Below are positions 1-9,889 of a stretch of DNA of 64,000 nt, in pieces; the stretch's first letter is position 1, and the number at the start of each line of letters is the position of its first letter. The stretch lies in the NCBI GenBank assembly GCA_964522405.1, contig CAZFTR010000005.1:7747-71746 (forward strand), read 5' to 3'. Origin of the DNA: an uncultured Gammaproteobacteria bacterium. Its GTDB lineage: Bacteria > Patescibacteriota > Patescibacteriia > Magasanikbacterales > UBA922. The translations under genes were made by a program, and so were the position numbers. The notes beneath the pieces were generated by a model that saw only the letters and a list, made by a program, of their open reading frames with translations, did not search any database and was not told where the DNA came from.

Positions 1-1091
1 AGCAGATTATTGAACCTGAATTAAGTCTGGAGAGTTATATTATCCAAGAAGGAGATACTTTTGCTACCATTTTTGAGAGTTTTGGAATTGGCTATTCAGA
101 TATGTTGGCAATATTGGATGTATCGTCTTCAACCTATGATTTCACTAGTGTCAGACTTGGTAGGGAATTGAGGTACAATATCAGCGAGGGAATATTAAAT
201 AGGCTTGAATATGATATTGACACAGAAGAAATGGCAATAGTTGAATACATTGGGGATGAATACCAGTCGTACAGAGAAGATATTGAATATAAGATTGAAC
301 AAGTAGTTGCCAAAAATAGTATAGAATCATCACTTTTTGAGTCAGCAGCAGGTGCTGGAGTAGATGAAGCTACAATCCTAGATTTGGCTGCTATTTTAGC
401 TTGGGAAATAGATTTTGCAACAGAAATTCAAGAAGGGGACAGTTATATTTTTGTTTATGATAAAAGATACAGAGATGGTGAACTGGGTCCATCAGGATTT
501 ATACATGCGATCAAATTCATAACTAGTGGCCGTGAACATTATGGGTTTTATTTTGAGTCAGATGATGGCGAAGTAAAAGGATATTTCAATGAAAAAGGTG
601 AATCATTGATTAAGCAGTTTCTAAAAGCGCCACTTAGATTCTCTAGAATTACTTCAGGATACTCTTATGCGCGTTTTCATCCTTCATTGGGGAGGACAAC
701 ACCTCATAGGGCAATAGATTATGGGGCGCCGCTTGGTACTCCGATTATGACTGTGGGGGATGGTACTGTCACATTTGTTGGCTGGAATGGTGGGTATGGG
801 AAAATGGTTACAGTTCATCATAATGATGTTTATACAACCAGATATGCGCATATGACTAGTTATGCAAAAGGGATCAAAAATGGAACCAGAGTAGAACAGG
901 GAGATATTATTGGTTATGTTGGCTCTACGGGTTTTTCTACAGGACCTCATCTTCACTATGAGATAAAAAAACATGGAACGTTGGTAAATCCACTCAAAAT
1001 AGAGCTTCCTAGTGGTGATCCCATACCTGAGCAGTATTTGGGTGATTTTGAGGCTAAGAAGGCTAAATTTATGCCATTTTTGGCCGAGTAG
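1..1091 (+). CDS. LysM domain + M23 family metallopeptidase (5' partial; frame open from base 3)
   Basis: Upstream in-frame translation QIIEPELSLESYIIQEGDTFATIFESFGIGYSDM is LysM-like; C-terminal HRAIDYGAPLGTPI...GYVGSTGFSTGPHLHYEI is the M23 HxxxD/HxH signature. Confidence 0.75.
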   Translation, partial: QIIEPELSLESYIIQEGDTFATIFESFGIGYSDMLAILDVSSSTYDFTSVRLGRELRYNISEGILNRLEYDIDTEEMAIVEYIGDEYQSYREDIEYKIEQVVAKNSIESSLFESAAGAGVDEATILDLAAILAWEIDFATEIQEGDSYIFVYDKRYRDGELGPSGFIHAIKFITSGREHYGFYFESDDGEVKGYFNEKGESLIKQFLKAPLRFSRITSGYSYARFHPSLGRTTPHRAIDYGAPLGTPIMTVGDGTVTFVGWNGGYGKMVTVHHNDVYTTRYAHMTSYAKGIKNGTRVEQGDIIGYVGSTGFSTGPHLHYEIKKHGTLVNPLKIELPSGDPIPEQYLGDFEAKKAKFMPFLAE

Positions 1092-1151
1092 TTGACATTT
1101 TTATAGATATTTGATAGTATATATCCACTATATTTAGTAATAAGGAATTTT

Positions 1152-1307
1152 ATGTCACAAGACAACATGATTAAACTTGAGTGTACTGAATGTAAACGTG
1201 TAAATTATTTTTCTAGAAAAAATAAAAAAACCAACAAAGATCGCCTTGAACTTATGAAGCATTGTGATCATTGTGGAAAACATGTTTTGCACAAAGAAAC
1301 CAAGTAA
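1152..1307 (+). CDS. rpmG: 50S ribosomal protein L33 (not in ORF track)
   Basis: 51 aa [51 protein letters not shown]; CxxC...CxxC zinc ribbon and KHxLHKETK tail typical of L33. Confidence 0.8.
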   Translation: MSQDNMIKLECTECKRVNYFSRKNKKTNKDRLELMKHCDHCGKHVLHKETK

Positions 1308-1315
1308 ACTATAAT

Positions 1316-1340
1316 AACTCCCAATGGGGGTTATTTTTTT
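1316..1340 (+). terminator. intrinsic terminator after rpmG
   Basis: aactccc-aat-gggggtt hairpin followed by tattttttt. Confidence 0.55.
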
Positions 1341-2211
1341 ATTTAAAAACAATATGAATTTTTTTAAGCATCTATACAACAGCAGTTGGAATTTTACATG
1401 GCTAAATGAAATCAAAGATAAAAAGGGAAGGTCCTGGGGATATTTCTTTTTATTTATATTCTTGCTTTCGGTTTTTATCCTAATCCCTTATTTTTGGAAA
1501 GGTCCGGCAATTCTTGATGAGCTTTCTGTGACAATTGAAGAAAACTTGCCAGTATTTACCGCAGAGTTCGAAGACGGTGAATTATCTGTGAGAGATTTGG
1601 ATCAGCCATTTATTTTGAGCAATCTTGAGGAAGATAGTGATGAAATGTTCCAAACAGAAATAAATGAATTTTTATTGTATATAGATACTGAGACTACCAG
1701 TACTTTGGATTTCAAAGAAATAATGGAGCAAAAAAATGCCACAAATGGTGTTTTGGTAACTAGAACATATGTTGAAATATATGAAGAGGATGGAAGTTCA
1801 GAATCACAGGATTTTTCAGACATGGATGATGTAAGTTTTACAAACGAAGATGTTTCAACTGTGATAGATAAAATTAAGGGTCCGCTCATGTATATTGGAT
1901 CAGTGCTCGCAGTTGTTTTGGTATTTATCGGCTTAATAATTGGTAAATTGATATACTTATTGATTTATTCACTTATGATATTTGCAATTTCAGCGGTAGC
2001 TAAAAAAGGCTGGAGTTTTGATGAGATTTATACTCTTGGTTTGAGTGCGGTTATACTTCCATCAGTTGCTAAGTTGATTTTGGGATATTTTGGGGTTAAG
2101 TTGCCATTTGTCTATACAGTGATATTTTTGATACTTGTTATTGGAACGATATTCACTCAGAACCATGCTAGTAGTAAGGGTGTAGAGGAAGTGAGGCCAG
2201 AAGAGATATAA
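1324..2211 (+). CDS. hypothetical membrane protein (start uncertain; possibly 1354)
   Basis: 295 aa ORF; N-terminal and multiple C-terminal hydrophobic helices; no recognised motif. Confidence 0.45.
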   Translation: MGVIFLFKNNMNFFKHLYNSSWNFTWLNEIKDKKGRSWGYFFLFIFLLSVFILIPYFWKGPAILDELSVTIEENLPVFTAEFEDGELSVRDLDQPFILSNLEEDSDEMFQTEINEFLLYIDTETTSTLDFKEIMEQKNATNGVLVTRTYVEIYEEDGSSESQDFSDMDDVSFTNEDVSTVIDKIKGPLMYIGSVLAVVLVFIGLIIGKLIYLLIYSLMIFAISAVAKKGWSFDEIYTLGLSAVILPSVAKLILGYFGVKLPFVYTVIFLILVIGTIFTQNHASSKGVEEVRPEEI

Positions 2212-2244
2212 AATTAATAATTTTATTTAGTTAATATAAAATAT

Positions 2245-3066
2245 ATGGGCGAGATAAAATCATCAGGGGAATATTCTATGGGTGGAGATGGTGCAGGTTC
2301 GGCTGGAGGAGATCGAAGAGAAAAAACTTTTAAATTATTCAAGGAAGGTGAAGTCATGCCTAATCATGAGCAATATCTAAATATGGCAAGAGATCTGAGG
2401 AATATGCCATCCCAGGCTTGGTATGATGAAGCAACAAAAAAACCAGAAGTTTTGGAAAAACTGGAGAATATGCAAGCTGCTTTGGCGCGTGCTTCAAATG
2501 TTTCAGATAGGAATACTGCGGCTGAATTTTTTTTAAAAAGGGCCGGATCAGGTGATATAGCGCATGCACAAGCAGCGACAGAGGGATTTAAGACCTATTT
2601 AGAGCATGGATTTAGAATCCAAGAGGATCCACATAAGTATGGTGTGGAGAAAAAAGATGTTCCTAAAATACTAGAGGCGCAAGCTGGGCACACTGCTAAT
2701 CTTCAGCATGAATTATATGTTGATGCTTCTAGTGCGCCTGCTGAAGAAAGAGATGGGGCAATTGAATTAAATGATAGTTTTTTTCAATACAGTTTAGATT
2801 TTTCTGCAAGAGAAGATACGGTTTTGCCAGCCTTTGGGCCAGGTAAGCCAAATAGTTGTTTTCGCAAAATTTTTGATGGTTTGAAAAGGGATTGGGATTC
2901 TATGGTAGAGCATGCAAAAAGAGGTGGAGAAGATGCTGAAAGAGCAAAAAACAGGTTAAGTGTTTTAAGGAGAAACAAAGAAGCTATGAGTGAATTTTTG
3001 AGTGGAAATGAAAAGTTAAGAGAGCTAGTAGATGATTTGCCTGAGAATTGGGAAGACGTGGAATAA
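2245..3066 (+). CDS. hypothetical soluble protein
   Basis: 273 aa ORF with typical AT-rich codon usage; no recognised motif. Confidence 0.45.
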   Translation: MGEIKSSGEYSMGGDGAGSAGGDRREKTFKLFKEGEVMPNHEQYLNMARDLRNMPSQAWYDEATKKPEVLEKLENMQAALARASNVSDRNTAAEFFLKRAGSGDIAHAQAATEGFKTYLEHGFRIQEDPHKYGVEKKDVPKILEAQAGHTANLQHELYVDASSAPAEERDGAIELNDSFFQYSLDFSAREDTVLPAFGPGKPNSCFRKIFDGLKRDWDSMVEHAKRGGEDAERAKNRLSVLRRNKEAMSEFLSGNEKLRELVDDLPENWEDVE

Positions 3067-3076
3067 ATATGTCTAA

Positions 3077-3104
3077 ATCAACCCCTTGGGGGGTTGATTT
3101 TTTT
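3077..3104 (+). terminator. intrinsic terminator
   Basis: atcaacccc-ttgg-ggggttgat hairpin then tttttt. Confidence 0.7.
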
Positions 3105-3132
3105 ATGATTTTAGTGTATAGTATTCGAACTA

Positions 3133-3203
3133 TGGGCGTGTCGGTTAATGGTAAACCACGGGTCTCCAAAACCCGAACTGGGAGTTCGATTCTCTCCACG
3201 CCT
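3133..3203 (+). tRNA. trnW: tRNA-Trp (anticodon CCA)
   Basis: Cloverleaf: acceptor gggcgtg/cacgcct, D arm ggtt-aatggta-aacc, anticodon arm cgggt-cTCCAaa-acccg, T arm gggag-ttcgatt-ctctc; CCA not encoded. Confidence 0.8.
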
Positions 3204-3207
3204 GCTA

Positions 3208-3240
3208 AAAATACTAGTTTTACTACTAGTATTTTGTTTG
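3208..3240 (+). terminator. intrinsic terminator after tRNA-Trp
   Basis: atactagt-tttact-actagtat hairpin followed by tttgtttg. Confidence 0.6.
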
Positions 3241-3301
3241 TATAGAAATAGTTTTTCTGATATCATAATAGTATAAATTTAACTAATTTTAATATAAAAA
3301 T

Positions 3302-3670
3302 ATGGGAAAAAAAGTTTTAGTCATCGAAGATGATATTATCCTGAGAAAGGCAATAGTAACAGCCCTAAAAGACGCAGAGTTTGATATTTCCGAAGCTCTT
3401 GATGGGGATGAGGGCTTGAGAAAGGCTATTTCAGAAAAGCCAGATCTAATACTTTTAGATCTAATTTTACCAAAAAAGAGTGGTTGGAGTGTTCTTGACG
3501 ACCTAAAAAAGAATGATAAGGTCAAAGATATTCCAGTCTTGGTTCTTACCGTAGTCCCGGCTCTTGAAAGTATAGAGAAGTGTACCAAAATGGGAGCTGT
3601 GGGTTATTTGATAAAATCAGATTATTCTCTAGACGATATTGTCACATCGGTCAAAGAGCATATTTCTTAA
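3302..3670 (+). CDS. single-domain response regulator (CheY-like receiver)
   Basis: VLVIEDD...PDLILLDLILPKKSGW...VLVLT...K: receiver acid pocket, T/S and conserved K. Confidence 0.7.
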   Translation: MGKKVLVIEDDIILRKAIVTALKDAEFDISEALDGDEGLRKAISEKPDLILLDLILPKKSGWSVLDDLKKNDKVKDIPVLVLTVVPALESIEKCTKMGAVGYLIKSDYSLDDIVTSVKEHIS

Positions 3671-3680
3671 TTTCAGATTT

Positions 3681-4238
3681 GTGAATTTGAAAAAAATATC
3701 AAAATTTACTTTTTTGTTTTTAGGTTTTTTGACTTTCGTTGGATGTGGATTATTTAGTCCATCAATCAGGCATCATAGTGAGCCTGCCGGAGGCTATCAG
3801 TTTGATGTGCCTTCAAATTGGAAAGCAGCTAAGCCAACTTCTGACCTGCTTTCCACTGATAGTGATGTGGTGGTTTATACAACTTTTATTGTTCCGGAGA
3901 TAAGTGCGTCCAATCAATTGGTGCAAATAGCCGTAGTTAGAAATGCTCAATCATCCAAAAACGCAGTAGAGAAATTTATTAGAGGGGTTGATTGGGATTT
4001 TGCTCTGATTAAAAATGTAAGTAAATACACTGATTTTGAAACAAAATTACCTTCAGAACTAGTCAAGATGCAGGTTCAGGACCTGGAGTGGGATTGGATT
4101 GTCTATGAGCTTGAATCTGGAACTTATGGCCTTGTTCATGGAACCGGTGGATTGAATTTTTCAGATCCTGATGATGTGGTGGATAAATATAGACGAGGTT
4201 TTGATATGCTAATTAAAACTTTTGATAAGTTTGAATAA
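3681..4238 (+). CDS. hypothetical lipoprotein (GTG start proposed; ORF-track start 3639 overlaps the upstream gene)
   Basis: Signal peptide with lipobox FLTFVGC; in-frame GTG at 3681. Confidence 0.45.
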   Translation: MNLKKISKFTFLFLGFLTFVGCGLFSPSIRHHSEPAGGYQFDVPSNWKAAKPTSDLLSTDSDVVVYTTFIVPEISASNQLVQIAVVRNAQSSKNAVEKFIRGVDWDFALIKNVSKYTDFETKLPSELVKMQVQDLEWDWIVYELESGTYGLVHGTGGLNFSDPDDVVDKYRRGFDMLIKTFDKFE

Positions 4239-4329
4239 TCCTGATCTTGCTAAAAGTTGCTAACCAGCGACTTTTAGATTACAAAATTCTTGTTTTTTGC
4301 TATAATAACTATATATTTAATTAAATTAT

Positions 4330-4542
4330 ATGGATTTAAGCGTTATTGGTCCACTTTTTGATGTTATAGGTACTCTTATGATTGCCTTTGCTGCTCTTAG
4401 GGTGCATCATCGTGTTTTAAATGAACACAGTATTGATGATCAGGTATTCACGGTTATGAGGCGCGAGCAATTTATTGGTGTTATTGGTGTTTGTTTTGTA
4501 ATTGCTTCGTTTGCTTTACATATGGTAGAGAAATTTCTTTAA
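4330..4542 (+). CDS. small hypothetical membrane protein
   Basis: 70 aa, two hydrophobic helices. Confidence 0.35.
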   Translation: MDLSVIGPLFDVIGTLMIAFAALRVHHRVLNEHSIDDQVFTVMRREQFIGVIGVCFVIASFALHMVEKFL

Positions 4543-4548
4543 TTTTTT

Positions 4549-5907
4549 ATGCCTGTCAAAAAATATAAAAATGCCTATGTTGTTACAGTGGACATGGGTT
4601 ATGGTCATCAGCGCGCAGCTTATCCGCTCAAGGATATTGCCAGATGCATGACTAGCGGGAAGTGTGGAGAAGATTTTATTATAAATGCCAATACTTACAA
4701 GGGGATTCCGGCAGGTGATGCCGGCAAATGGAAGAGTAGTAGAAGTGTTTATGAATTTATCTCAAGACTAAAAAAATTACCCTTGATCGGTGATCCTATT
4801 TTTAATGCAATGGATTATTTTCAGAGAATTCAGCCTTTTTATCCTAAACGTGATTTATCAAAACCCAGTTTGCAGCTAAAATCTATTTATAAAATGATTA
4901 GAAAAGGTTGGGGAAAGCATTTGATAGATAAATTAAATCAAAATCCTTTGCCGATCATAACCTCTTTTTTCATACCAGCTTTTTTTGCAGATGAGCATGG
5001 TTATGAAGGGGATATTTATGCAATATGTACTGATACAGATGTGAGTCGTGCCTGGGCCCCACTTAACCCAAACAGAAGTAAAATCAATTACCTGGTTCCG
5101 AATAAAAGAGTTCGTGAAAGGTTAAAATTATATGGAGTTAGAAAAGAAAAAATCTTTGTAACCGGTTTTCCGTTACCAAAAGAAAATATTGGTAAAGATC
5201 TAAATATTCTAAAACAAAGTATTGGTTGTAGAATTGGAAATCTAGATCCCAAGCAAAGATATCAGAAAAAATATTCACATACTTTGGATTATTATCTTGG
5301 AGAAAGATACTGCAAGCTTAAAGCAAAACATCCCCTGACTATTACTTTTGCAGTTGGTGGCGCTGGAGCGCAAAGAGATATTGGGGTTACAATTTTGAAG
5401 AGTTTGCATAAATATATTGATAAAGGTGAAATAGCCCTAAATTTGGTGGCTGGTTCAAGATTGGATGTTTATCAATATTATAGAAAAGCGGTAAAAGAGC
5501 TTCATTTCAAAAAGCAACATGGTGGAAATGTGAAAATAATTTATGATGCTCATAAATTGAGATATTTTGGTCAGTTTAATAAAATTCTTCTGACCACTGA
5601 TATACTTTGGACCAAACCAAGTGAATTGTCTTTTTATGCAGGTTTGGGAATTCCTATAATTATGGCTCCGACAATTGGTTCACAAGAAGAATTCAATCGA
5701 TCTTGGTTACACTCTATAAACGCTGGTTTTGAACAAGAAGATCCAGCATATACACATGAATGGTTATTTGATTGGCTTGATTCTGGTTGGCTTGCAGAGG
5801 CTGCAATAGAGGGATTTCTTGATGCGCCTAGAAATGGGGTTTATCATATAGAAGATATTGTCTTACGAGGTGTGCGAAGTGAGATTGAGGATATGCATCT
5901 GCTTTAA
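4549..5907 (+). CDS. GT28-like glycosyltransferase (MGDG synthase/MurG-like fold)
   Basis: N-terminal VDMGYGHQRAA (GxGH motif) and C-terminal FAVGGAGAQ nucleotide-sugar-binding half. Confidence 0.45.
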   Translation: MPVKKYKNAYVVTVDMGYGHQRAAYPLKDIARCMTSGKCGEDFIINANTYKGIPAGDAGKWKSSRSVYEFISRLKKLPLIGDPIFNAMDYFQRIQPFYPKRDLSKPSLQLKSIYKMIRKGWGKHLIDKLNQNPLPIITSFFIPAFFADEHGYEGDIYAICTDTDVSRAWAPLNPNRSKINYLVPNKRVRERLKLYGVRKEKIFVTGFPLPKENIGKDLNILKQSIGCRIGNLDPKQRYQKKYSHTLDYYLGERYCKLKAKHPLTITFAVGGAGAQRDIGVTILKSLHKYIDKGEIALNLVAGSRLDVYQYYRKAVKELHFKKQHGGNVKIIYDAHKLRYFGQFNKILLTTDILWTKPSELSFYAGLGIPIIMAPTIGSQEEFNRSWLHSINAGFEQEDPAYTHEWLFDWLDSGWLAEAAIEGFLDAPRNGVYHIEDIVLRGVRSEIEDMHLL

Positions 5908-5910
5908 TAG

Positions 5911-5990
5911 TTGACAGTTGACAATTATTAGTTGACAGTTATTGATTGAATAATAAACACTGTAAACTATAAACTGTAAACTGTCCACTA
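5911..5990. promoter_or_regulatory. heptamer-repeat array (TTGACAGTT x3 ... AACTGTAAACT x3), inverted halves
   Basis: ttgacagttgacaattattagttgacagtt ... actgtaaactataaactgtaaactgtcc; 7-bp periodicity of AACTGTA; lies just upstream of the 6001 gene. Confidence 0.5.
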
Positions 5991-6000
5991 TTTATTATCT

Positions 6001-6921
6001 ATGCTTTGGTTTATAATCGCACTTATTGGCTATCTGCTACTTGCAGTTGTTTTTGTTTTGGATAAATTAATCCTGACTAAGTCAGTTAGTAAGCCAGTTG
6101 TCTATACATTTTATTCAACCATCATGATGTTTGCTGTAATTGTTGCTTGGCCTTTTGGGGTTGAAATGCTTAATGGAATTGATTGGTTTTGGGCCTTGGT
6201 TTCCGGATTAGCATTTGGTTTTGCTCTCTGGACCATGTTTATAGCTGTAAAAAAAGGAGAAGCAAGCCATATAAATCCTTTCATGGGCGCTGTTATAACT
6301 ATTGCTACCTATATTACTTCCTATCTTTTTTTAGCTGAATCACTTTCACCAGTTCAGATTTGGGGGATTGTTATACTTGTTTTTGCTTCATTTTTATTAT
6401 CTTTTGAAAAAAGCAGAAATGGCAGTGGATTTCATATGGGATTTGTTTGGGCAATTTTGGCGGGTATATTTTTTGCCATTTCTCATGTTAGCGCAAAATA
6501 CCTATATGATATTTATCCTTTTTTGACCGGATTTGTGTGGACCAGATTTACTACTGGTTTTGTGGGATTGATTTGTCTTGCCTATCCAAGTGTTCGTAGA
6601 GTTTTCAAAAAAAAGCAGAAAACAGAAAAAAAACAAAAAAAAATTCCTTATGCCAAAAAACATGCTCTTGGTATTGTGGTTGCCAACAAAGCGATCGGAG
6701 TTGTGGCTGTGATTTTACTTCAGTATGCAATAGCGATAGGAAGTGTAACTCTGGTAAATGCCATGAGTGGCTTACAATATGTTCTGATGTTTTTGTTAAT
6801 TTTTATTTTAACAAAACTTGCGCCAAAAGTGTTTAAAGAGTATTTTACTAAGAGAGAGTTATTGATGCAGACAATTGCCATTATATTGGTTGTGATTGGT
6901 TCGGCCATGTTTGTCTTGTAA
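6001..6921 (+). CDS. multi-pass membrane protein, DMT/EamA-like permease
   Basis: 306 aa, about 10 TM helices in two halves. Confidence 0.4.
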   Translation: MLWFIIALIGYLLLAVVFVLDKLILTKSVSKPVVYTFYSTIMMFAVIVAWPFGVEMLNGIDWFWALVSGLAFGFALWTMFIAVKKGEASHINPFMGAVITIATYITSYLFLAESLSPVQIWGIVILVFASFLLSFEKSRNGSGFHMGFVWAILAGIFFAISHVSAKYLYDIYPFLTGFVWTRFTTGFVGLICLAYPSVRRVFKKKQKTEKKQKKIPYAKKHALGIVVANKAIGVVAVILLQYAIAIGSVTLVNAMSGLQYVLMFLLIFILTKLAPKVFKEYFTKRELLMQTIAIILVVIGSAMFVL

Positions 6922-6925
6922 GTGC

Positions 6926-7040
6926 ATTCGGATTTACGGATAATACTGATTATCCGGATGCTGAGTATGCTTGAATACATAAACATAAATTTAATTAAAG
7001 ATATCCGGATTATCAGGAATTATCTGTATATCAGGATACC
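6926..7040. repeat. Family A repeat, locus 1 (forward copy 6926-6960 plus partial inverted copy 7003-7040)
   Basis: attcggatttacggataatactgattatccggatg matches the 40-bp element seen at 28147, 28687 (inverted) and 54397. Confidence 0.6.
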
Positions 7041-7058
7041 TTCGTGTCAGTATAAATT

Positions 7059-8039
7059 ATGAAATATATAAAAATTTTAATTTTAATTTTAATCTTACTG
7101 TATGTGCTTTTTTGGCTTTTTAGTTTTAAAAAATATCAAGTTAATTATGGTATAAGTTTTAATCAAGATCATGCTGTAGACCTTGGTCTTGATTGGAAAG
7201 AGGTTTATACAGAAATGTTAAATGATTTGAAACCTAAGTATATTCGAGTTGCAGCCATGTGGAGCGATGTTGAAGAAGTGAAAAATCAATATGATTTTTC
7301 AAATGTGGATTTTATGATGGATGAGGCGCAGAAACATGGTGCCAAAGCTGTATTAGTTGTGGGGCAAAAAGCCCCAAGATGGCCTGAGTGTCATGTGCCG
7401 GAATGGTTGGATTATGGGCAAGAAGGATCAAAGCAACATCTTTTGGGCTACGTAGAAAAAACAGTGGAAAGATACAAGAATCATCCAGCACTTGAAATTT
7501 GGCAAGTAGAAAACGAACCATTTATAAGATTTGAATTTGGGAATTGTGAAAATTACGATGAAGAGGCAATATTTGATGAAATAGATCTGGTTCGTTCCCT
7601 GGATTCTGAGCATAAGATCTTGGTTACTGATAGTGGAGAACTTAGCACTTGGTGGAGATCAAGCAAAGCAGGAGATTTGTTTGGTACTACCATGTATCGA
7701 GTTGTCAGAACTCCAAATGGTATGAAAGTGAGTTATGCTTGGATGCCGGCCGGTTTTTACCGACTAAAGGCAGCTCTCTATGGTAGAACTTATAATGATT
7801 ATTTTGTTTCAGAATTACAAGCAGAACCTTGGTTCAATGACTCAAACCCGACTAATACCTCTATTGAGGAACAAGAAAAAACCATGGATCCAACTCGTCT
7901 TAAAAAACATTTTAAATATGTGGAACATGTTGGTACCTCTAGAAGCTACCTCTGGGGTGTAGAGTGGTGGTATTTTATGAAAGAGGTAAAAAATGACAGT
8001 AGATATTGGGATATAGTAAAGGGAAAACTTTCAAATTAA
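7059..8039 (+). CDS. glycoside hydrolase, GH5-like TIM-barrel family
   Basis: Signal/TM N-terminus; WQVENEP motif (NEP catalytic acid region of clan GH-A). Confidence 0.45.
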   Translation: MKYIKILILILILLYVLFWLFSFKKYQVNYGISFNQDHAVDLGLDWKEVYTEMLNDLKPKYIRVAAMWSDVEEVKNQYDFSNVDFMMDEAQKHGAKAVLVVGQKAPRWPECHVPEWLDYGQEGSKQHLLGYVEKTVERYKNHPALEIWQVENEPFIRFEFGNCENYDEEAIFDEIDLVRSLDSEHKILVTDSGELSTWWRSSKAGDLFGTTMYRVVRTPNGMKVSYAWMPAGFYRLKAALYGRTYNDYFVSELQAEPWFNDSNPTNTSIEEQEKTMDPTRLKKHFKYVEHVGTSRSYLWGVEWWYFMKEVKNDSRYWDIVKGKLSN

Positions 8040-8623
8040 AAACATCTAATACAAAAAAAGTGTTGTATTTTCTTTTTAAATATTTCAAAACTTTCAAAAA
8101 ATAACACCAAACCAACTATTCCCATAGAAAAAATTACCGGCTGAGTGTTGAATTGAGGTAAGTTGAAATTAAAGATATATGAAATTGAGGGAAGTGCTAA
8201 ACTCCAAACAAAAATTGATAAGAAAATTGAAAATGCTAGATTCGTGAGCATGGATAAGATATTCAAAAAACTGCGTATCAGGAATATGTCAGTTTTTTTT
8301 ATTTTTAAAATTGTTTTTTTGGAAAGCTTATGATTTTTAGCTATTTTCAATACTAAAGAAAAAAATATGGCCAAAAGCCCTATTGCTAGTACCAATAACA
8401 ATAAATCAGCAAAAAAAGCATACCAACTAGGATATTGTTTTTGAATGGCAAAAGATAAGTCTGTATCAATCAAGGTTGAATTTTGGTTAAATCCAAGACT
8501 GGTAATGAATAGCAAACTACCCAAAATCCGCAAGATCCAAATGTAAGTCCTGGATTTCTTTTTTTGTTGGGCGCAAATTAATTTCATATTAAATAGTATA
8601 TAAAATAAAGACATTGTAGACAA
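8036..8623 (-). CDS. hypothetical membrane protein
   Basis: 195 aa, five or more hydrophobic helices. Confidence 0.35.
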   Translation of the reverse strand: MSTMSLFYILFNMKLICAQQKKKSRTYIWILRILGSLLFITSLGFNQNSTLIDTDLSFAIQKQYPSWYAFFADLLLLVLAIGLLAIFFSLVLKIAKNHKLSKKTILKIKKTDIFLIRSFLNILSMLTNLAFSIFLSIFVWSLALPSISYIFNFNLPQFNTQPVIFSMGIVGLVLFFESFEIFKKKIQHFFCIRCF

Positions 8624-8663
8624 ATTTATGATATAATATATTCATTAATTAAATAATAAAAAC

Positions 8664-9851
8664 ATGAAAAAATACAAACGTTTAGAAAAAGATCAGCCCA
8701 TTGTTCATCATCATGGTATTTTTCGTCGCAAATTGAATCTATTCGGGGCTGTGGCACTTATGGTCAGTGGTACAATTGGTGCTGGTGTTCTAGGTATTCC
8801 TTATGCTGTGGCCAAGGTTGGTCTTGGTGTTGGGCTCTTATATATAATTGGTATAGGAATTTTAATGACAGGATTAAACTTGTTGCTCGGCGAAGTAGTT
8901 ATTAGAACCAAACAAAAATTTCAATTATCAGGTTTGGCAAATCGATATTTGGGCAAAGTTGGAGAGTGGGTTATGACTTTTATTGTTTATTCTGCTCTTT
9001 TTGGAATACTTGTAGTTTATATAATTGGTGAGGGTGAAACTCTTTCTACTCTATTCGGTTCAACTCCTCTAGTTTGGAGCCTGGTTTTTTTCTTTGTTGC
9101 TTCAATTATTATAATGCGAGGTATTCGCACTATCAAGACTGTTGAACTTTTTTTGACTTTGGGGATTTTGGCAATAATAGTTTTAATAGCAGTATTTAGT
9201 ACTCCACATATAAGTTTTGATCATCTCAGTTATTCAAATTTAGCTTATCTACTTTTTCCTTACGGTGTTGTCCTTTTTGCTTTTCATGGTACCACTGCTG
9301 TTCCTGAGGCTCATGCGGTTTTGGTCAACAAAAATGCTTTGTTTAAAAAATCACTGATAATTGCTGGAATAGTTACTACGCTTTCTTATTGTCTTTTTGC
9401 TATAGCAGTTGTGGGAGTTACTGGCGCTGAAACTACTGAGATTGCTACAATTGGTTTGGGAAATAAACTCGGCTCGATCATGTTTGTTCTTGGAAATGTT
9501 TTTGCTGCACTTGCAATGGGAACTAGTTTTATTATGGCAGGACTCGCTCTTCGAGATTCTTTTAATTGGGATTTTCATGTAAATAAAAGAGTTTCAAACC
9601 TGATAGTTCTAGGAGTTCCACTTATAATTTTCCTTTTTGGAATCCGTGAATTTATAAAGGCTATAGATTTTGTTGGGGGAGTGCTTGGAAGTTTAGAAAT
9701 GCTTTTGATTATTGCCATTTACTGGAGAGCAAAACAAACTGGAGATGTTTCTCCTGGTAAGTACAAACTTCATCATACGGTTTTATTGGTTGCACTTTTG
9801 ATTATTGCGCTTACGTTTGGAGCAGTCTATAGTATTATTAAGTTGTTTTAA
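8664..9851 (+). CDS. amino acid permease (APC/AAAP-type)
   Basis: MVSGTIGAGVLGIPYAVAKVG N-terminal signature; about 11 TM helices. Confidence 0.6.
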   Translation: MKKYKRLEKDQPIVHHHGIFRRKLNLFGAVALMVSGTIGAGVLGIPYAVAKVGLGVGLLYIIGIGILMTGLNLLLGEVVIRTKQKFQLSGLANRYLGKVGEWVMTFIVYSALFGILVVYIIGEGETLSTLFGSTPLVWSLVFFFVASIIIMRGIRTIKTVELFLTLGILAIIVLIAVFSTPHISFDHLSYSNLAYLLFPYGVVLFAFHGTTAVPEAHAVLVNKNALFKKSLIIAGIVTTLSYCLFAIAVVGVTGAETTEIATIGLGNKLGSIMFVLGNVFAALAMGTSFIMAGLALRDSFNWDFHVNKRVSNLIVLGVPLIIFLFGIREFIKAIDFVGGVLGSLEMLLIIAIYWRAKQTGDVSPGKYKLHHTVLLVALLIIALTFGAVYSIIKLF

Positions 9852-9856
9852 TTTAA

Positions 9857-9885
9857 TTGACATTGGGCTAGTATTTTGTTAATAT
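9857..9885 (+). promoter_or_regulatory. sigma70-type promoter of metK
   Basis: TTGACA - 17 nt - TAATAT. Confidence 0.55.
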
Positions 9886-9889
9886 CATT

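Noticed and set aside
684-1415. Minus-strand ORFs 684-974, 956-1168 and 1155-1415
   Set aside because: They lie antisense within the M23 peptidase gene and the rpmG region, with low-complexity translations and no RBS.
5911-5940. TTGACAGTTGACA repeats as simple tandem -35 boxes
   Set aside because: No matching -10 hexamer lies 17 bp downstream. The same heptad unit also occurs in reverse orientation and without TTGACA (for example upstream of dnaK), so it is a repeat family rather than ordinary promoters.
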